64,000 bases of DNA, from the NCBI RefSeq assembly GCF_009914755.1, contig NC_060931.1. One strand, written 5' to 3'. This document shows, piece by piece, positions 57,450-64,000 of this stretch (positions are counted from its first letter, which is position 1; each line of letters begins with the position of its first letter). Position numbers and translations under genes: made by a program. The stretch is from the human T2T-CHM13v2.0 reference genome, Homo sapiens. A model generated the notes under the pieces. The model was not told where the DNA came from and did no database searches. It saw only the letters and a list, made by a program, of their open reading frames with translations.

Positions 57450-57870
57450 ATGTGTAGCTGTTTGTCATTCTGTTTTCTTCTCCTACCTGGGAATATGAAT
57501 GACCTGTTTTTAGACTCTCTTGCAGTAAGATGTTGCCTGTAAATAACTACTGGCCACAGAATGGCAGTGAAATGATACATGCAACTCAGACTATCTGTGT
57601 GATTACATTTCCATCTACAAGCTGGATTTTGATGCCCAAGTTCACCTGAGAGAGCATGAGTTGAAAGTATTACAGCTTCCATAACCTGAGACCCTTTAGG
57701 GCTTCCAGGAAAATACGTCCCTTCTCTACTCCTCCCCACTCCTCATCAGCAACACTTCATTGAACTTTACATGGACTAAAGTAAACAAACAAGCAAACAA
57801 ACACATTTTTATTATAATATGCTACTGAGATTTCAGGAGTTACCTCTTCTAGCAACTATCCTTACCCGGC
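57450..57870 (+). mobile_element. MLT1I/J-like LTR
   Basis: CTCTTGCAGTAAGATGT...TGGCCACAGAATG...GCTACTGAGATTTCAGGAGT. Confidence 0.55.
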
Positions 57871-58721
57871 CTTGAACTACTTGTAAAAAACGCTAGAATT
57901 GTGGATGTGTTTAGGAGATTGAAGTTGCCCAGGGACAATTTGTAAGCAGCATGTTAGGTTTAACTTTGGGACTAACTTTGACAAGTTCAGGGAATATCAA
58001 TGATGGAGGCAGTGGGATCTTGTAGGATCTGGAAAAACTTTTTCTTTTCCCCATTGCTCATCTAATTGATAGGATTAGGGAATTCACATGAGTTTTATTT
58101 ATTTTCTTGTAGTGGAGAGGAGGGCTCTGAATTATTATGCATTTGTGAATCCCTCCTACTGGTAATATGGTGGGTTTCCTTTTCTTTGTTGTTTTGCAAA
58201 ACCTGAAAAATTACTCTGCAAAATTTTAGGTGTGTTGTGTATATGAATTAGTATTCCAAAATGTCCCTGGACAATTGATTTAGCTCCAGGTTCTTTTTTT
58301 GATTTGAGATTCTAGTTTTACACCGTCATGTGTCTTGAATGTTTTAAAAAAAGGAACAGCAACAAAGACAACCACCTTTAGTTCACAAAATATAAATTAA
58401 AAGATTGACGCTTCCTAGAAATACTAGCATAAATGGCATTTAATAATTAAAGCAAGTTTCCTCTCACTGTTCTCTATCTCAGATTCTTGTTTGTTCCCTT
58501 CATTTTATACACTAAATATGGACTTATTTTAATTGTTTTCTTTTTAAAGTTTGTCTTATTCTCACCGTAATGCACATCAGAAGAGGTCTTGTACCCTTTT
58601 TTATTTTATTCACAGTTGTGTCCTGGGACTTAACCAGAGCAACCAAAGCATAGTAGAAAATTAATAAATATTTGTTAAACATATTAATTTAATACACTAA
58701 AAAGTATTTTCTTAATATTTA

Positions 58722-58734
58722 CCACTAGAGGGCA
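58722..58734 (+). promoter_or_regulatory. Candidate CTCF core motif
   Basis: CCACTAGAGGGCA matches the CTCF core CCASYAGRKGGCR; occupancy unknown. Confidence 0.5.
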
Positions 58735-59241
58735 TTTTTCTTCTGTCTTAAAATTCTAGTTCTTGAAAGAAAAAGCCTTTTTTTTTTTTAAAGCTGAAGG
58801 TACTGAGTACCACTTTATTAACTTGTAAAGATAAAATATTTCAACCATCTCAAGTTATGAAAAGCATATATTCTTTATGGCACATATTAGCTTAAAATAC
58901 ATAAACATTCATATTCTACAGTAACATCAGCTCAAATTTAAAACATTGCTCTAATAAAATATTCAGATTTTAAAATTTAGATTAATATATCAGTATTTTA
59001 ACACATAGACATACACACATATAGGATTATGTAAAATATTTCAATGATGTAAAATAGACATGATGGCCAAACACTATATATTTTGTAGCATTTTAGTTAT
59101 CTAAAAGTATAATATGGATTTGATAAGATTTGATAAGAGAGAAGGATATTTTGATTAAGTTAAAGAATAAAGCCTTTTTCTATAGAAGAGGACAAAACAA
59201 AATCACATGGTCACAACAGGGCTGTCTTTCAGCTTGAATTG

Positions 59242-59633
59242 CTGTTTGGGTTTCTCTGGAAGCAGGAGATGGAGTTCCTGCAAAGTGTTCACCAGGGAAT
59301 ACTATTGGGGTCATCCCATGTGGACAGGAGGGTAAGAAAGTAGGACTGGGCCAAGACAAAGTCCAAACTCAAGGTAAGAAGTTGAAGTTGACAGGAATCA
59401 ACCCTCCAAGAAGTTCTGGAGCTACAATGGCACATCAGAGGAGTCCCAAATTAAGTCAAACTGGCTGGCTTTTATATTCCTGACCCCAGCAGTCATCAGA
59501 TGTGGGTGGACAGGGGAACTGGAGCAGTCAGTTTGCTGTAGCTGAGGAATCTCTGAAGAAGCCTGCAACTGAAGTGTGAGGCAGGGAGTCCTCGGAAAGG
59601 AGCTCTGGGAAGGGCCTGGCTACAACTATCACA
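59242..59633 (-). mobile_element. LTR16-like ERVL LTR
   Basis: TTGGGTTTCTCTGGAAGCAG...AGTAGGACTGGGC...GTTCTGGAGCT. Confidence 0.6.
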
Positions 59634-59971
59634 ACTTAGTTTTGTGAAAAATTTATGGGAAACGAGGGTTAGGTGGGGGCTGTGGAACTGGCAAGTATAT
59701 TTAGAAACACAGTACATATTGTAGATGGAATAGAATTGTTTCAATGTAATAATTTTTTACTGCATGGATGTTTAAATGACATTATTAAAAATTAAAGGTC
59801 AGAAATTGAGAAAAAAGTGTAAAGTGTCCATGCATAAATTAGGTTTTAAGTAGAAGACGTTATGAAGATAATTTAACATTAATAAAACAATTTTATAATT
59901 TTGTTATATTTTTGATATACGCTTGCTCTAATTTGAATGTTAATATTAATGTCCTTGAGTAAAGAACATGG

Positions 59972-60268
59972 TTTTTTTTTTTTTTTAGACGGAGTCGCGC
60001 TCTGTTGCCCAGGCTGGGTGCAGTGGCGCGATTTCGGCTCACTGCAGGCTCCGCCTCCCAGGTACGCCATTCTCCTGCCTCTGCCTCCCGAGTAGCTGGG
60101 TCTACAGGCACCCGCCAACACGCCCGGATAATTTTTTTTTCTTTATTTTTAGTAGAGACAGGGTTTCACCGTGTTAGCCAGGATGGTCTCGATTTCCTGA
60201 CCTCGTGATCTGCCCGCCTCGGCCTCCCAAAGTGCTGGGATTACAGGCGTGAGCCACCGCGCCCGGCC
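59972..60268 (-). mobile_element. AluY, CpG-rich
   Basis: CCGTGTTAGCCAGGATGG; TSD AAGAACATG (59962-70 / 60269-77). Confidence 0.95.
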
Positions 60269-60645
60269 AAGAACATGTTTTAACCATCAAGAATTTCCAC
60301 ACTACTTAATAGCTAATTTACCTAAAGGAATTTACAATAAAATATAAATAACTATTTAGGAAATGAAGCAAAAAGACCCTCTCTTCACGGTAAAATTAAC
60401 TTTGCTGTTAATGTTCTCTGTCAAAATACATCCCTTTGTCCTCCTTCTTCCCCTTTCATCCCACTTTACTTTTTAGAGTGCATTTTTACTTCATTTTATG
60501 CAACTGGAAGTGGAGTAATATCTTCATGAGGAAATGATATTTTTAGCTATTCTGTAATTCAGCTTCAAAGAAATGAAAATTCTTTGAACAATAATTTTCT
60601 TTCCGAAGAGATTCAAAGCCTTCTGTATGTGCTCAATGTTGTTAA

Positions 60646-60659
60646 CCAGCAGATGGCAC
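60646..60659 (+). promoter_or_regulatory. Candidate CTCF core motif
   Basis: CCAGCAGATGGCAC in non-repetitive DNA; occupancy unknown. Confidence 0.55.
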
Positions 60660-61857
60660 TCTTGCTCCTCGGCAGTGAACCTGGAGGCTTTGAAACTTGT
60701 CAAGAGTGTGGGTCAAATATCTTCCTTTGAAAGAAGTATAATAAAGAAGGCGCCTTCAGCCTGTATATCTGAACCAATAGAGATTCTTTATGTGCAGGTG
60801 CAACTAATCCTTTCAAGATGTAATGAAGCTCAATAAATCCTCCTTTTGCAATATCTTCACTGGTCTTTCAGGCTGATTCTGCTTTTTGTGAGAAGAAAAG
60901 TGCAGAACAGCTCAGCACAATGCTACATGTTTAAGCAATAAGGAGACTGACCCATTGTCTCATGTCAAGCTGCCTGGGACGCAATTTCCTTTTTCCTGTT
61001 CTCAAAATTAGCTGATGAGAGCAAGTTCCCTAGGTGAGCATAAGTTCCCCATATATATTTTTTTCTTTCTTTCCTGAAGTAGGGTGGCCAAAGAACTACG
61101 CCTTCACTAGCTGTTATTCTCCATTTTATGTGCTGGGAAAGTCACTTGAGCACAAGAAGTTATTTTTCATATCTACATCACTGCTTCTTATTAATAAAAC
61201 AAAGTACTTACCTGTTATTCGTTTTCCTTTTAGCCATTTCATAAATTCTGAAACTACCCATTGGAAATATTCAGAACTCTTATTAACACAGGGATTGATA
61301 GCATGCAAGTTTGGTGTTTTGTTTTTTTTTTGTACAGGTAAATTATTGTTTGTTTATTTAGTTATATCACAAAAGATAACAAACCTTTTGGACAGCATAT
61401 TCAGTACCAATCATTTCATGTTAGCATTTTTTTGCCATTTTTTAGGAAATCTCAAATTCTCAAATGTAGTTAGCTAAGAATATTATTGCTAACTGGCTAT
61501 GTCTATAAGAAATAATATAAATGATAATGAAATAGGACTTTACTTTTAGTTCAAGAAAATTACAATATCAGTAATATCAATTGATAAGCTATGAGTCTTA
61601 GCCCTTCATCACACTCTGTTTGGAAAACCAGCAGTTGCTTCTGAGAGTGGATGAAAAACAAAATGAGAGGAAGGCTGCAATTACTCATATGACAATTACT
61701 TGTATTTGGTGTTGGCATCGTCTGCCCTTAATATTCTTCCATTTTTCTACTGTCATTGTATTGATACTAAAACATGCTGCCAAAGACAGGATTAAGAGGT
61801 CTGGAAATAGCATGTTGAGCTTACTCCAAGCCATTCCTCTTTATGACTGTATGCTAG

Positions 61858-62631
61858 TGATAAAGACAGGAGACAGAAATACTGGGTAGAAGAGGGCAGT
61901 TTCCCAGCAAAGGCCCCACCCTCAAGCCTGGAAACCCGTGGCCCTAAATGAGAACAGGTATTCCTGTTTTCACGCCCAAAAAGTTGCCTTTTGGCCTGCT
62001 ATGCCCCCTATCCTGTGCCCACATAAACTCCACATCCCAGGCTCCAGAAGCGGCCGAACAGATGAAAAGCAGAAATGCAGGGCATTTCGAAGGAGAGAAG
62101 AGAAGGAGTGTCTGAATGCCGAGAGGAGTTTGTCTGGGGACTATTGGAAAGGAGGTTGGCCACTAGACAGCCAAACTCCAGGGGAAGATCATCTCCCCAC
62201 TCCATTCCCCTCCCAACTCCCCATCCATTCTGTGGAGAGCCACCTCCACCACTTACTAAAACCCCAGCTTTCACCCTTCTAGTCTGTGTGCGACCTGATT
62301 CTTCCTGGATGCTGGATTGGACCTGGGTGCCAAGAGGGTTCACTGAGCTGTCTAACACTTAAGCCATCCGTGGATGGCAAGACTAAAAGAGCGCACTGTA
62401 ACTCAGGCCTACTTGGGCTTCAGGAGTGTCAGACATCCACTCCTAGATGCTGCCATGGGGCTGGAGCCCAAAAGCGCTCCCCTTGGTTCCTGCACCTGCC
62501 CGTCTGCGTGCTCGCCCTCCCATAAAGGGTTTGAGCTTGTTCAAAGGAGAGAGTTTGAGAGCTTGTTCAAACAGAGAGCCACACCCGCGTGGCAAGTCCT
62601 GTGAGGGTGGTCAAGGAACTCTCCCAACTCA
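61858..62631 (+). mobile_element. MER50 (ERV1) solo LTR
   Basis: TGATAAAGACAGGAG...AAGGCCCCACCCTCAAGCCTGGAAACCC...CA; 4-bp TSD CTAG (61854-57 / 62632-35). Confidence 0.9.
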
Positions 62632-63050
62632 CTAGTAAACTGAAAAGCCAACAACACAAAATACATTTTCCAGGTAGAAATCAGAGAGAATTTTTTAAAT
62701 GTTAAATACTGAGTCCACTTCTTGCTTATTTTCAAATTTTCACACATTTTCAAATTGGATTTAGAATTAAAATCTGTATAAATTCCTATGTTACATGAAT
62801 CTTGAATTCCTTTCTCACCTGTCTCCTACCCTTCTATCCTTAGTCCATTGAGCTTTAGCCTCATTTTGGGTTCCTTAAATTTGCCACACTTAGGAGTTTT
62901 GTTGCCATTTCTTCTATTTTGAGCATTCTTCCTGTTTTTCTTTTTTGTGGCTAGCTCTTTATTTTCATGTGAACCCCAGAATCAGTCTCATTCATTGATT
63001 TTCTATGATATAATTATCTTCCTAATTCTTTACCTCCAATGGATCACTGC

Positions 63051-63464
63051 TGTATTAGTGCTGCCATAAGAAATTACCACAAACTAGATGGTTTACAACA
63101 ACAGAAATTTATTCTCTCACAATTTTAGAGACCAAAAGTCTGAAAGCCAGGTGCTGAAAGGGCCATGCTCTGTACAAAGGATCTAGAAGTGAATTCTTCC
63201 TTGATTCTTCTGGTTTCTGGTGGCTCCTGGCACTTTTCACCTTTTGGAAGCATAAGTAATTCTGCCTCCCTCCAAGCTCACATGGCCTCTTCTTTATGTG
63301 TGCCTCTCTGCATCCTCTCCTTTTCTGATAAGGGCACCAGTCATTCAATTTAGGGCCTACCCCAATCCAATGTGACCTCTGCAAAAACCCTACTTCCAAA
63401 TAAGGTCACATTCTGAGGTTTGGGTAGACATGGATTATGGAGGGATACTATTCAACCCACTGTA
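63051..63464 (-). mobile_element. MLT1C-like LTR
   Basis: TGTATTAG...AATTACCACAAACT...CCAAATAAGGTCACATTCTGAGG...ATTCAACCCACTGTA. Confidence 0.85.
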
Positions 63465-64000
63465 GTCACTATTTGATATTTTTCTTGATTTATGTATTGT
63501 ATACTTAATTGTTATCCTTACTTAATCCATGACAACCACCCTGAGACAAGAAACATTACCTACATGCTTATGTGCTATACTGATATATAAGAGATATTTA
63601 ACAAATCTTTTTTCTTTTTAATGAAGAAGCGATGGTTCCAATACTCATAGCCTGAAGCTCTCAAACATTTGAATCATATAACTAATTCCTTTTGTCCTGA
63701 TTTCATGGTAAATAGAAACCTCCCATTGTATGCTTTTCTATCTCATTCACAGTTATATTTATCATTGCAAATTAGTAAATTATCATTCTGCTTTCCACAT
63801 TGAATTTTGTACCCTAGATTCAGCATCTCTGAGTACATAAGCTCTGGAAATCTGGCAGATCAGATTCCTGAGCATGTGAGGACTAGATAATGGGCCTTGT
63901 TGAATACAAGATTATTCTACTTTGTGTGGCTTTTTAAACATTAATTTTTAGAATATTTCCTGGAGATACCCTAAACTTACTGAAGCTGCTCTTTATTCAA

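Noticed and set aside
61034-61477. 147-aa ORF
   Set aside because: GTG start, F/L/S-rich composition typical of AT-rich non-coding DNA, no recognisable domain

Overview
AT-rich, CpG-poor primate (almost certainly human/hominoid) genomic DNA with no supportable host protein-coding exon, tRNA/rRNA or CRISPR. The long ORFs in the track are LINE-1 ORF2 fragments or Alu/LTR read-throughs. The window is a layered transposon landscape: a ~4.1-kb young L1PA3/4 carrying all of a disrupted ORF2, older L1PA/PB/MA/MB/ME pieces (two 5'-inverted), nine Alu-family copies, MaLR/ERVL/ERV1 solo LTRs (THE1A, 2x THE1D, MST, MLT1, MLT2A1, MER50, MER54), an orphan ERVL gag-pro-RT fragment, MADE1/MER5/MER119 DNA transposons, MIR/L2 and microsatellites. 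Subfamily names come from recalled consensus sequences, not from a RepeatMasker run. The most notable structures are: (i) a 236-bp imperfect palindrome at 4818-5053 with a diverged partial second copy 2.2 kb downstream; (ii) a composite MADE1 that duplicated its own terminus and captured an inverted copy of neighbouring DNA; (iii) a twin-primed L1 carrying two nested LTRs; (iv) a TSD-less young L1 suggesting a target-site deletion; (v) a short L1 3' transduction; (vi) repeated templated/fold-back micro-insertions; (vii) two co-oriented strong CTCF motifs. I cannot support a new protein-coding system here.
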